DNA of 54,734 nt from Betaproteobacteria bacterium (GCA_028292225.1 JAQGMV010000252.1:1-54734), one strand, 5' to 3'. Positions 44,770 to 54,287 are shown, counted from the stretch's first letter. Made by a program: numbers and translations. Notes: generated by a model from the sequence alone, not told the origin.

Positions 44770-46893
44770 CTAGATCGTCAGGCGCGCGTAGATCTCGGCG
44801 ACTTTCACCGGCAGTTTCGCCACGTCGTCGACGAGCGCCCAGCGCGCCGCGCCGTACATGTGCGGCAGGTAGTCGTGCGCTTCGCGGTCGATCGTGATGC
44901 AGAAAGGCTTCACGCCTGCGCGATGCGCTTCGAGCAGCGCCTGGCGCGTGTCCTCGATCCCGTACTCGCCCCGATAGTTGTCGCTGAAGTCGTCCGGCCT
45001 GCCGTCGGAGAGCGTGATCAGCAGGCGGGTTCGCGCCTCGATGGCGCTCAAGGTCGCGGTGAGATGACGGATCGCGGCGCCCATGCGCGTGTAATCGTGC
45101 GCTTCTATCCCTGCGATACGGCCTTGCACGTCGTCGCCGTAAGGCTCGTCGAAGCTTTTCACCCGGAACACCCGGCAGTCCTTGCGCGTCACGCCTGAGA
45201 AGCCGTAGATCGCATAGCGGTCGCCCAGCGCTTCGAGCGCTTCGCACAGCATCACCAGCGCTTCGCGCTCGGCGTCGTTGATCCACCCTTTGGTCGAGCC
45301 GCTCATATCGATCATGAACATGACCGCCACATCGCGCTCGGAGCGCTGCCGGCGTGTGTACACCAGTGAGGGGACCTCGGCGCCTTCCTTCATGTCCACG
45401 TAAGCGTCGATGAGCGCGTCGAAATCGAGGCCGTCGCCGTCGGACTGGCGCGACAGCCTGCGCTCGTCGCCGCGCATCAGCTCGAATGTACGTTTCAACT
45501 GGGCGATGCGACCGGCGTATTTGCGTGCGGTGGTTTGCACGAACTCGCGATCTCCCGCGACCACCTCGTGCTCACGCACGTGGCACCAGTTCCTGCGGTA
45601 GTGCCCGCGCTGGTAATCCCATTCGTCGTACACGCGCGCGGGTTCCGTGAGGGTTTCCGAGTCTTCTGCGGCTTTCGCGCCCGCACGGGCATCCGGTGCA
45701 GCCGCACCCGCGCCGGACGGCACCAGATAGTCATCGGGCACGTCTCCGAGGTCCTGCCGGATCGAAGCCATGAGCTGAGCCATGTCTTCGGAAGTCTCCA
45801 CGGGTGTACCGTCGAGCTTGAGCGTGCTGTGCTGTGCAGGCGCGTTCTCGTCATCACTGGCGGCCTCGAGAGTGAAAGCGGGGGCGGGCTCAAAACCGTC
45901 CTTGCGCTCTTCGAGGATCCGCGCAAGCTCTCCCTGGAACGCGTTTTTCTCCCGCGCAATGCGCGAGGCTCGCGCGGCTGCGGCGAGCCCCGGCTCGAGC
46001 GCGATGGGATAAATCGAGTCGAAGCACGGTGGGTCGGCATACATCTCCCGCATCAGTGCGATGCTCTCGTCCACGGTCGCGGAAGGTTCCCGAAGCCGCG
46101 ACAACCCAGCGTCCGCGAGGGGATCGCGAGCAATCGCGTGGAGGTCTTCGGCAAGACCGGGCAGCGCGCGCGCGACGCACGCTTCGAGCCTTACCGTTTC
46201 AAGGGCGTTGAGCAGCGACAGCGCGCGAAACGGATCGTCGAATGCGGCGACGGCAGCCGCAAGGTCCGCGTTGTAGGTTCCATAGCGGCTCTGCGCCCAC
46301 AGCAGCACGGCCGTGCCTTTGTACAGGAGGAAGTTTTCGTGCGCTCGCCCCTGCCGGTCGATGAGCGGCGGAAGATAGATGCGCTCGGTGTCGGTGTAGG
46401 CATGCGCCGCCGTCTCTACCGGCATCGCTCGTCCGGCGAGTCCCTGGACGAAGAGGCGCAGCACGCGAGCCGCGCTTTCGAACGAAACGGCCGCGCCGGC
46501 AGCGTTGCCGACGAACGCGTGCCACGCCCTGATCGCCGTGCCGCCGGCGTGGAGGCCGTCGCGGTCATAGGCGTCCACCGCACAGACGATCCAGCGCTCT
46601 GCCGCTTCGACGTCGAGGGCACACAGCGCAGCGCCGGCCGCGGCGGCGAACTGGAACGCGAGCTCCGGGCTCGTGCGCGCGACGACCGAAACCCAGTGCA
46701 GCACGAAATCCTGGGCGGGCCGGGTGAGCACCGCGATGTGTCCGGCCGCCTCCGCCGGCGTGCGGCGCGATGAGAGGACCGCGTCGAGGCGCTCGTGCAG
46801 GGCCCGTTCGATGTCGGCGGCAGCGAGGCGCGTGCTGAGTGCTCCGGCCTCGCCCGGATCAGAAGAGCGAGGAGGCGAGCTCATTGACCGCAC
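44770..46893 (-). CDS. VWA-domain protein of the CbbO/NorD family
   Basis: 707 aa. C-terminal VWA with the MIDAS motif MIDMSGST...TLSDGRPDD. The exact start is uncertain: ATG 46893 or 46884, both overlapping the upstream AAA+ gene. Confidence 0.85.
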   Translation of the reverse strand: MRSMSSPPRSSDPGEAGALSTRLAAADIERALHERLDAVLSSRRTPAEAAGHIAVLTRPAQDFVLHWVSVVARTSPELAFQFAAAAGAALCALDVEAAERWIVCAVDAYDRDGLHAGGTAIRAWHAFVGNAAGAAVSFESAARVLRLFVQGLAGRAMPVETAAHAYTDTERIYLPPLIDRQGRAHENFLLYKGTAVLLWAQSRYGTYNADLAAAVAAFDDPFRALSLLNALETVRLEACVARALPGLAEDLHAIARDPLADAGLSRLREPSATVDESIALMREMYADPPCFDSIYPIALEPGLAAAARASRIAREKNAFQGELARILEERKDGFEPAPAFTLEAASDDENAPAQHSTLKLDGTPVETSEDMAQLMASIRQDLGDVPDDYLVPSGAGAAAPDARAGAKAAEDSETLTEPARVYDEWDYQRGHYRRNWCHVREHEVVAGDREFVQTTARKYAGRIAQLKRTFELMRGDERRLSRQSDGDGLDFDALIDAYVDMKEGAEVPSLVYTRRQRSERDVAVMFMIDMSGSTKGWINDAEREALVMLCEALEALGDRYAIYGFSGVTRKDCRVFRVKSFDEPYGDDVQGRIAGIEAHDYTRMGAAIRHLTATLSAIEARTRLLITLSDGRPDDFSDNYRGEYGIEDTRQALLEAHRAGVKPFCITIDREAHDYLPHMYGAARWALVDDVAKLPVKVAEIYARLTI

Positions 46894-47692
46894 GCAGCAT
46901 GTCTTCGTCGTCGGTCAGCGCTTCGGCGATCGCGCCGGTGCAGGCGGTGCGGGGGGCGACACCGAGGCGCATGAGCTTGGCAGCGTGGACGAGGAGCCGG
47001 GTCGACGCACCTTCGTCGAGCCCACTGCCTTTGAGATTGCGAGTCATGTGCGCGAGGCGCACCAGTTTTTCCGCGTCCGCGGGGTCGATGCCGCTTTCGG
47101 CGACCACGATCTTCGCTTCGACCGCGGCGTCAGGATAGGTGAACTCGATCCCGATGAAGCGCTGGCGCGTGCTCTGTTTCAGCTCCTTCATCACGTTTTG
47201 ATAGCCGGGGTTGTACGACAGCGCGAGCATGAACTCCGGGGGCGCCTGAAGGAGCTCGCCGCGTTTTTCCATCGGCAGGATGCGCCGCTCGTCCGCGAGG
47301 GGATGGATGACGACCGTCGTGTCCTTGCGGGCTTCCACGATCTCGTCGAGATAACAGATCGCGCCGGCGCGAACCGCACGCGCGAGCGGGCCGTCGACCC
47401 ACACCGTCTCCTGGTTCGTGATGAGGTAGCGCCCGACGAGATCCGACGCGGTCAGGTCGTCGTGACATGACACCGTGATGAGGGGGCGCTTGAGCCGCCA
47501 CGCCATGTGCTCGACGAAGCGCGTCTTGCCGCAGCCCGTCGGTCCCTTGAGCAGCACCGGAAGGCGGCTCGCGTACGCCGCTTCGAAGAGCGCGACTTCA
47601 TCCCGGACCGGCTCGAAATACGGCTCGTCCTCGATGAGCCGCGCTTCAGGCTGCAGCACCCGCGCGCGCAGTGATGTGATGTTCGTGTTCAA
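46859..47692 (-). CDS. MoxR-type AAA+ ATPase of the CbbQ/NirQ/NorQ family
   Basis: [45 protein letters not shown] 47692 gives the family-typical length of about 277 aa. The track start, GTG 47788, would add 32 residues. Confidence 0.85.
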   Translation of the reverse strand: MNTNITSLRARVLQPEARLIEDEPYFEPVRDEVALFEAAYASRLPVLLKGPTGCGKTRFVEHMAWRLKRPLITVSCHDDLTASDLVGRYLITNQETVWVDGPLARAVRAGAICYLDEIVEARKDTTVVIHPLADERRILPMEKRGELLQAPPEFMLALSYNPGYQNVMKELKQSTRQRFIGIEFTYPDAAVEAKIVVAESGIDPADAEKLVRLAHMTRNLKGSGLDEGASTRLLVHAAKLMRLGVAPRTACTGAIAEALTDDEDMLRAVNELASSLF

Positions 47693-47859
47693 GGCAATAT
47701 TCCCCGTTGTGCCCTGGTGCAGGTGCTCAAGAGTAGCCGCTTCGGATGCTGCGGACCATAGTGCCGCAGCGAGAGAGCCTCGAGACACTGCGCCAAGATT
47801 TTGATGCTAAGATGAATTATTCGGCCTCAACAATAAATCAGAAGGTCTGAGCACTACGT

Positions 47860-49317
47860 ATGCAAAGACTGGGATCGTTGGGACGGGCGTTGCTGGCGCT
47901 CGGTCTCATGTCGTATGGTGCGGGCGCATGGAGTCAGTTCTTCGGCGACGGTGATCCCTTCAGGACTCGGGACGGCGTCGCGCCGGCCCCAGGTGTTGCA
48001 TGGGAGCCCCGGCAGCCGCTGCCTCGTGTCGCTCCGCCGGAGCTCACACCCCCGCCACAAAGCACCGCGCCCCTCACGCTTGCCGAGCTGACCGAGTTCG
48101 CGCTGCGCAACAATCCACGCGCGCGGCAGGCGTGGTACGCGGCGCGTGCAGCGGCGGCAGGCGTGGGCATCGAGCAGGCGGATTACCTTCCCCAGCTCAG
48201 CGGCCTGTTCGGCGTGACCCGCATCCGGCCCGTTTCAGGGACCACGGGCGTGGTATCGCCATGGCAGACGCGATACGGACCGTCGCTCGGTCTGAGCTAC
48301 ATCCTTTTCGACTTTGCGCGCGCAGATCAGGTCAGGGCGGCGGAGTATCGGCTGCTCGCGGCCAATCTGAGCCAGAACCGCGTGCTCCAGGACGTCGTGT
48401 TCCAGGTCGAGCAGGCGTATTACCGCTTGCTCGGGCTCGAACTGCTCGTGCGGGTGAACGAGCGGAGCCTGGAGAACCTGCGCACATCGCTCGACGCGGC
48501 AGAGCGCCGTCGCGAATCCGGGCTGGCGACGGTGGCGGACGTCTACCGCGCCGAAACGCAGGTGGCGCAGGCGGATGGCGTCCTCATCCGCAGCCGCGGC
48601 GAGTTCGAAAAAGCGCGCGGTCAACTGGCTTCGGCGGTCGGCTTGCCGGTGACCCAGACGCTGCAACTGCAAACCTTCGCGGAGTTGCCGCCTATCCAGG
48701 ACGTGATGTCCTCGGTCACCGATCTGCTCGACCGCGCGCGCGAGGGGCGGCCCGATCTCGTGGCCGCGGAAGCCCAGGCGCGGGGTGCGCGCTCGGCAGT
48801 TGAAGCGGCCTCGAAGGCGCGTTACCCGACGCTCGAGCTCGCGGGCGCCGCAGGCCGGACCGCTTTCCTTGACGAGCCGAACCGCGACAGGCCTGCCGCG
48901 ACTAACTATAGTCTCGGCCTCAATCTGCGAATTCCGATTTTCACCGGTTTTCGCGACAACTATGCGCTCGCGCAGGCGCAAGCGCTGGCGCAACAGGCCG
49001 AAGCGTCGCGCGACACCCTGTACCGGCAGACCGAGCTCGACGTGTGGCAGGCTTATTACGACGTGAAGACCGCGGCCGGCGGCATCGGCAGCACTGACGC
49101 CCAGGTGAAATCCGCCGAGCAGACTTCGCAGGCGACGCTCGCGCGATATCGAGCAGGCTTTGGCAGCATCCTGGATCTCATAACGGCGCAGCAAGACGAA
49201 TCGAACGCGCGGGTGCAGCGCATCCAGTCGTATCTCGACTGGTACACCGCATTGGCGAGGCTGCAGTTCTCGACCGGATTCGCCGACATCATCACGGCGG
49301 CGAGTGGAAAAAAATGA
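47860..49317 (+). CDS. Efflux outer-membrane factor (TolC family)
   Basis: 485 aa with a signal peptide and two OEP-type repeats. Confidence 0.9.
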   Translation: MQRLGSLGRALLALGLMSYGAGAWSQFFGDGDPFRTRDGVAPAPGVAWEPRQPLPRVAPPELTPPPQSTAPLTLAELTEFALRNNPRARQAWYAARAAAAGVGIEQADYLPQLSGLFGVTRIRPVSGTTGVVSPWQTRYGPSLGLSYILFDFARADQVRAAEYRLLAANLSQNRVLQDVVFQVEQAYYRLLGLELLVRVNERSLENLRTSLDAAERRRESGLATVADVYRAETQVAQADGVLIRSRGEFEKARGQLASAVGLPVTQTLQLQTFAELPPIQDVMSSVTDLLDRAREGRPDLVAAEAQARGARSAVEAASKARYPTLELAGAAGRTAFLDEPNRDRPAATNYSLGLNLRIPIFTGFRDNYALAQAQALAQQAEASRDTLYRQTELDVWQAYYDVKTAAGGIGSTDAQVKSAEQTSQATLARYRAGFGSILDLITAQQDESNARVQRIQSYLDWYTALARLQFSTGFADIITAASGKK

Positions 49318-50585
49318 AACGTTTGACGATGCTTCTGATATTCGCACTGATCGGCGGCGTCGCCGGCGGGGCGTACTGGTACTGGAGTCAGCCGGCAGGA
49401 GGCACGTCCGCGGCCGAGCCGAAAGGAAAAGGCAAAGGCAAGGGCGGCGGCGTGCTCACGGTGCGCGCGGTGCAGGCGGTGGTGAAGCCGATGCCGGTCA
49501 TCGTCGAAGCGGTGGGTACCGTGGAAGCCGAGCACAGCGTGCAGGTGCGTGCGCAGGTCAGCGGCGCGCTTCAGTCGGTGCCGTTCAGGGAAGGCGACAA
49601 GGTCAAGGCGGGGCAGGTCCTGTTTCAGATCGACCCCGCCACCTTCCGGGCACAATATAACCAGGCGCTCGCGCAGCTCGACCGTGACAAGGCCCAGCTC
49701 GAGAACGCGCGGGCGCAGCAACAGCGGCTCGAACCGCTACTCAAGCGCGAGTTCATCACCCGCCAGGAATACGACGTTGCGGTGACTTCGGCCAAATCGC
49801 TGGAAGCGACTGTCGCAGCGGACCAGGCGGCAGCAGAGCAGGCGCGCATCCAGCTGAGCTACGCGCGAATCACATCGCCCATTTCGGGGCGAACCGGAAC
49901 GCTCGCGGTCAAAGCGGGCAATCTCGTGCAGGCCGCTGGCGCCGGGGTTCCGCTCGTCACGATCAATACCATGGATCCGATACTCGTCTCGTTCAGCATC
50001 CCCGAACGCCAGCTCGAGGATATCCGGCGCTTCCAGAACGACCGGAACATGCGCATCGAGATCCTCGCCGACCGCGCTGCCGCGCCGGTGGCCGAAGGCA
50101 AGCTCGTGTTCGTCGATAACACCGTGACCCCGCAGACCGGAACCGTGCTGCTCAAGACGCGCGTGCCGAATTCGAATGAAGTGATCTGGCCCGGACAGTT
50201 CGTGAACGTGAGGGTGGTGCTCACCATAGAGCCCGAGGCAGTGGTGGTCCCGGAGGCTGCGGTCCAGCCGGGGCAGGACGGAAGCTTCGTCTACCTCATC
50301 GACGAGAACGGCAAAGTGAAAGTGCAGCCCGTCAAAGTCTCGAGACAAATGGGCGCCGACGTGGTCATAGCTTCGGGCATCAAGGCCGGCGACCGCGTGA
50401 TCACCGAGATTCCACAGACGCTCACCCCCGGGGCGACCGTTCAGCTTGCGGGCGAGGGCAAAGGCGCAGGTAAAGGCAAAGGCGGCGAGAAGGGCAAAGG
50501 CGACAAAGGCAAAGAGGACAAGAGCGGCGGCGGCAAAAAAGCCGGTGGCGCGCCTGAAGAGAAAGCGAAGGCCGAAGCGAAGTAG
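49314..50585 (+). CDS. RND efflux periplasmic adaptor (MFP) with Gly/Lys-rich N- and C-terminal tracts
   Basis: HlyD/AcrA-like core (QVLFQIDPATFRAQYNQALAQL, ITSPISGR). Tracts are KGKGKGKGGG near the N-terminus and GKGAGKGKGGEKGKGDKGKEDK at the C-terminus. ATGA overlap with the OMF gene. Confidence 0.9.
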   Translation: MKRLTMLLIFALIGGVAGGAYWYWSQPAGGTSAAEPKGKGKGKGGGVLTVRAVQAVVKPMPVIVEAVGTVEAEHSVQVRAQVSGALQSVPFREGDKVKAGQVLFQIDPATFRAQYNQALAQLDRDKAQLENARAQQQRLEPLLKREFITRQEYDVAVTSAKSLEATVAADQAAAEQARIQLSYARITSPISGRTGTLAVKAGNLVQAAGAGVPLVTINTMDPILVSFSIPERQLEDIRRFQNDRNMRIEILADRAAAPVAEGKLVFVDNTVTPQTGTVLLKTRVPNSNEVIWPGQFVNVRVVLTIEPEAVVVPEAAVQPGQDGSFVYLIDENGKVKVQPVKVSRQMGADVVIASGIKAGDRVITEIPQTLTPGATVQLAGEGKGAGKGKGGEKGKGDKGKEDKSGGGKKAGGAPEEKAKAEAK

Positions 50586-50594
50586 GAGTAAGCC

Positions 50595-53500
50595 ATGAAC
50601 CTGTCCCGGATATTCATCGAGCGCCCCGTCGCGACCTCCATACTCGTTGCGGCAATCGTGCTGTTCGGGCTGGTGGCCTTCCGTGCCCTGCCGGTGAACG
50701 ATCTGCCGAACGTCGATTTCCCGACCATATCGGTGACGGCGGAGTTGCCGGGCGCGAACCCTGAAGTTATGGCATCGACCGTGGCGACACCGCTCGAGCG
50801 CCAGTTCAGCCAGATCCCCGGCGTAGAGACGATGAACTCGGTGAACAGCACCGGGCGCACCCGCATCACCCTGCAGTTCACCCTCGAGCGCAGCATCGAC
50901 GCCGCCGCGCAGGACGTGCAGACCGCGATCGCGCAGGCGATACGCCGCCTGCCTGACGACATGGACCCGCCGACGCTGCGCAAAGTGAATCCGGCCGATG
51001 CGCCTATCCTTTTCCTCGCGGTGACTTCCCGCACCCAGCCGATGACCGCGCTCGACGAGTTCGCCGACACACACATCGCGCAGCGGCTGTCGATGGTGAA
51101 TGGCGTCGCGCAGATCCAGGTGTTCGGCTCGCAGAAATATGCGGTGCGGGTCTATCTCGATCCTGAAGCGCTTTCGAAGCGCGGCCTCGGGCTAGACAAG
51201 GTGGTGAGCGCGATTCAGAACGCCAACAGCAACCTGCCGTCTGGCGTGCTGCAGGGGCAGGCCCGCAATTTCACGGTGAAATCCTCGGGCAAGTTGGAGC
51301 GCGCACAGAACTTCAACGAGCTCATCGTCGCGTACGCGAACGGGATGCCGGTGAGACTGCTGGACGTCGGCCGTGCCGAAAACAGCATCGAGAACACCAA
51401 GGTCAAAGCATGGCTCAACGACGAGCGCGCGATCCAGCTCGCGGTGTACCGCCAGCCGGGCACGAACACCGTGCAGGTGGTGAAGGACATACGAGCGCTG
51501 TTTCCGGCGATCGAGCGAGAGGCGCCGCCGGGGGTGAAGATCAGCGTGGTCAACGACCGCGCCGAGTTCATCCAGTCGTCGATCCACGAGGTCGAGTTTC
51601 ACCTGATCCTGTCGGTCATTCTCGTCGTGCTCGTGATCCTCGTCTTCCTGCGCGACGTGCGCTCGACCATCATCACTGCGCTGATTCTCCCGACCTCCGT
51701 GATCGGCACCTTCGCCGCGATGCACATGCTGGGCTTCAGCATGAACAACCTGTCGCTGATGGCGGTCATACTCTCGGTCGGGTTCGTCGTCGACGATGCG
51801 ATCGTGGTGCTCGAGAACATCACGCGGCACATGGAGATGGGGAAGAACCGCATGCAGGCGGCGCTCGAGGGGGCGCAGGAGATCGGCTTCACGGTGCTGT
51901 CGATGACGATCTCACTCTCCGCGGTGTTCATCCCGATCCTCTTCATGCAGGGCATGTTGGGAAGGCTGTTTCGCGAGTTTGCGGTGTCGGTCGGAGTGGC
52001 GGTGATGATCTCCGGCGTCGTCGCGCTATCGATGACGCCGATGCTGTGCAGCCTGCTGCTGAAACCGCCGGTACACCAGCACGGGCGCGTCTTCATGGCG
52101 TTCGAAAAAGGATTCGACGCGATGCGCGACTTCTATCGCGTGACGCTCACATGGACGATCAAACGGCCGGTCCTGATGCTGCTCGGTTCGGTGGTGTTCC
52201 TGGTGTTGACGGTCGTCCTTTACCGCGTGATACCGCAAGGCTTCATCCCGAGGCAGGACACCGGGGTGTTCTTCGGCAACGTCGTCGCGCCCGAGGGCAC
52301 AACTTTCGCTGACATGGAAAAGCGCCTGGCGCAGGTGCGCGAGATCATCCAGAAGAATCCCTACGTCGACGCGGTACTCGCGACGGCAGGGCAGGGCACG
52401 GGCGGCGTGGTCGGTGACAACATAGGCCGCATCATCGTGCGCCTGAAGCCGAAGGAAGAGCGCGGGATCAATGCCGACCAGGTGATTCAGGAGCTGCGTC
52501 GTTCCTTCACCGGCGGCGCGCAGGGCTTGCGCGTCTTCATGAACAATCCGCCGGCGATCAATGTCGGCGGGCTCATCAGCACCGCCGATTACCAGCTCGT
52601 CGTGCAGGGCACCGACCTTCGCACGCTTTACGGTCCCGCACAGGATCTGGAAGCCCGCTTGCGGCAGTCACCGATGCTGCAGGACGTGAACACGAGCCTC
52701 GAGCTGCGCAACCCCGAGATCCAGATCGACATACTGCGCGATCGCGCGGCAGCGCTGGGCGTGTCGCCCCAGCAGATCGAGACGTCGCTGTACAACGCAT
52801 ACGGCGGCAGGCGCATCAGCACGCTCTATGGCGCAACCGATCAGTACTCCGTGATGCTCGAGCTCGACCCGCGCTTTCAGCGCGACATCAACGCGCTGCG
52901 TTCGTTGTACGTCCAGTCGAGCAGCGGGCAGATGGTGCCGGTGAACGCGGTTGCAGACATCAAATCGAGCGTGGGGCCTGTGTCGGTGAACCACTATGGC
53001 CAGCTTCCATCGGTGGTGCTGTCGTTCAACCTCGTGCCGGGCGTGTCGATCGGCGATGCAGTGGCGCATGTAAACGAGCTTGCGCGCGACACACTTCCCA
53101 GCGGCGTCTCGGCCACCTTCGCCGGGAGCGCGAAGGCATTCGAGGAAGCGTTTCGCACACTGCCGTTGTTGCTGCTCGTCACCATCCTCGTCATCTACAT
53201 GGTGCTCGCGGTCCTGTACGAGAATTACGGGCACCCCGTGACCATCCTTACCGCGTTGCCTTTCGCGGGGTTCGGCGCGCTCCTGATGCTCCTCATCTTC
53301 GGCATGGAGCTGAACGTGTTCAGCTTCGTCGGCATCATTCTGCTCGTGGGTCTCGTGAAGAAGAACGGCATCATGATGGTCGACTTCGCGTTACAGCTGC
53401 AGCGCGAGCAGGCGCTGCCGCCGGCGGAGGCGATCGTGGAAGCCTCTATCATTCGCTTCCGTCCGATCATGATGACGACCATGGCTGCGATCTTCGCGAC

Positions 53501-53687
53501 TTTGCCGCTGGCACTGGGCACTGGTACCGGCTCCGAGATGCGCCAGCCGCTGGGTGTGGCCGTCGTCGGCGGGCTGGTGTTCTCTCAGCTGCTTACGCTC
53601 TACGTGACGCCTACTTTTTACGTGACGATGGAGCGGCTTGCGCAGTTCCTGAGGAAGCGGCGACAGCCTGCACCCGCAGTCCCGTGA
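50595..53687 (+). CDS. RND efflux permease (HAE1, MdtB/MdtC/AcrB-like)
   Basis: 1030 aa. MNLSRIFIERPVATSILVAAIVLFG..., 12-TM architecture. Confidence 0.95.
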   Translation: MNLSRIFIERPVATSILVAAIVLFGLVAFRALPVNDLPNVDFPTISVTAELPGANPEVMASTVATPLERQFSQIPGVETMNSVNSTGRTRITLQFTLERSIDAAAQDVQTAIAQAIRRLPDDMDPPTLRKVNPADAPILFLAVTSRTQPMTALDEFADTHIAQRLSMVNGVAQIQVFGSQKYAVRVYLDPEALSKRGLGLDKVVSAIQNANSNLPSGVLQGQARNFTVKSSGKLERAQNFNELIVAYANGMPVRLLDVGRAENSIENTKVKAWLNDERAIQLAVYRQPGTNTVQVVKDIRALFPAIEREAPPGVKISVVNDRAEFIQSSIHEVEFHLILSVILVVLVILVFLRDVRSTIITALILPTSVIGTFAAMHMLGFSMNNLSLMAVILSVGFVVDDAIVVLENITRHMEMGKNRMQAALEGAQEIGFTVLSMTISLSAVFIPILFMQGMLGRLFREFAVSVGVAVMISGVVALSMTPMLCSLLLKPPVHQHGRVFMAFEKGFDAMRDFYRVTLTWTIKRPVLMLLGSVVFLVLTVVLYRVIPQGFIPRQDTGVFFGNVVAPEGTTFADMEKRLAQVREIIQKNPYVDAVLATAGQGTGGVVGDNIGRIIVRLKPKEERGINADQVIQELRRSFTGGAQGLRVFMNNPPAINVGGLISTADYQLVVQGTDLRTLYGPAQDLEARLRQSPMLQDVNTSLELRNPEIQIDILRDRAAALGVSPQQIETSLYNAYGGRRISTLYGATDQYSVMLELDPRFQRDINALRSLYVQSSSGQMVPVNAVADIKSSVGPVSVNHYGQLPSVVLSFNLVPGVSIGDAVAHVNELARDTLPSGVSATFAGSAKAFEEAFRTLPLLLLVTILVIYMVLAVLYENYGHPVTILTALPFAGFGALLMLLIFGMELNVFSFVGIILLVGLVKKNGIMMVDFALQLQREQALPPAEAIVEASIIRFRPIMMTTMAAIFATLPLALGTGTGSEMRQPLGVAVVGGLVFSQLLTLYVTPTFYVTMERLAQFLRKRRQPAPAVP

Positions 53688-53704
53688 AAGTTTTTGCTAA
53701 AAGG

Positions 53705-53733
53705 CTTCCATTCGCGGAGTCGGTTCTATAGAA
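53705..53733 (+). promoter_or_regulatory. rRNA-leader promoter unit 1 (TTCCAT-17-TAGAAT)
   Basis: 17-nt spacer with an A-rich tract upstream. It is the first of three units whose -10 hexamers are exactly 92 nt apart. Confidence 0.45.
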
Positions 53734-53796
53734 TTCGCACCTCGCGTTGAGTCACACGCGGCTCCGCAAGAAAATCTGCGGAGGGGGCAAAAAGAA

Positions 53797-53825
53797 CTTC
53801 CGGAAATTGCTCTCGTCAGCTAGAA
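53797..53825 (+). promoter_or_regulatory. rRNA-leader promoter unit 2 (TTCCGG-17-TAGAAT) with a GCAAAAAGAAC UP-like tract
   Basis: Read directly from the sequence. Shares GCAAAAAGAACTTCC with unit 3. Confidence 0.5.
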
Positions 53826-53888
53826 TCGCGCTCCGCCTTGCAGCATGCGGAGCCGCCGATAAAAAGGCGGATGAGAGCAAAAAAAGAA

Positions 53889-53917
53889 CTTCCCAAACGC
53901 TCTGAAGTAGTATAGAA
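53889..53917 (+). promoter_or_regulatory. rRNA-leader promoter unit 3 (TTCCCA-17-TAGAAT) with a GCAAAAAAAGAAC UP-like tract
   Basis: Read directly from the sequence. Confidence 0.5.
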
Positions 53918-53963
53918 TACTAGGCTGACGCAGCGACCTTAAAAGCGCAACGGCAGCAAGCAG

Positions 53964-53979
53964 GACCGCTCTTTAAAAA
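53964..53979 (+). promoter_or_regulatory. boxA-like antitermination element, copy 1 (ACCGCTCTTTAAAAAT)
   Basis: Resembles the E. coli rrn boxA GCTCTTTAACAA. Identical 16-mer to copy 2. Confidence 0.6.
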
Positions 53980-54072
53980 TCTAGCAAGTTTCCTCTCCAA
54001 AACCGGCCGCAAGTCCCTAGGGATAGTTGCACCCGGAACCGGAGAATCGGCGTTAAGAAAGTTTCAGAAGTG

Positions 54073-54102
54073 TTTGACGCCGAAGCGAAAAACTTGTTAG
54101 AA
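54073..54102 (+). promoter_or_regulatory. Strong promoter P4 (TTGACG-18-TGtTAGAAT) 20 nt upstream of the tRNA
   Basis: Near-consensus -35 plus an extended -10. Confidence 0.6.
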
Positions 54103-54122
54103 TTGCGGTCTTGGTTGATCTG

Positions 54123-54199
54123 GCGCGGGGTGGAGCAGTCTGGCAGCTCGTCGGGCTCATAACCCGAAGGTCATAGGTTCAAATCCTATCCCCGCTACC
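54123..54199 (+). tRNA. Initiator tRNA-fMet (anticodon CAT)
   Basis: 77 nt. I folded the cloverleaf by hand:
- acceptor CGCGGGG/CCCCGCU with C1 unpaired against U72
- D arm GAGC/GCUC
- anticodon arm UCGGG-CUCAUAA-CCCGA, with three consecutive G:C pairs
- T arm AUAGG-UUCAAAU-CCUAU
- A73 and an encoded CCA. Confidence 0.9.
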
Positions 54200-54271
54200 A
54201 ACAATCGCACGAAAGGGCCCCGGCCCCGTGCCTCCGAAGTAGAGTCGCAGAGCAGCGCGATGTCGAAACGG

Positions 54272-54287
54272 AACCGCTCTTTAAAAA
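54272..54287 (+). promoter_or_regulatory. boxA-like antitermination element, copy 2 (ACCGCTCTTTAAAAAT)
   Basis: Identical to copy 1. Lies between the tRNA and 16S. Confidence 0.6.

Noticed and set aside
44770-47692. Reading the CbbQ/CbbO pair as evidence of a Calvin-cycle (RuBisCO) locus or a nitric-oxide reductase locus.
   Set aside because: No cbbL/S/M, prk, carboxysome, norC or norB genes occur anywhere in the window. Only the family can be assigned, not the pathway.
47789-47859. Specific -35/-10 assignment in the AT-rich divergent spacer between the cbbQ-like gene and the efflux operon.
   Set aside because: Several weak TTGATG / AATTAT-like hexamers are present, but none has convincing spacing, so I could not support a particular promoter.
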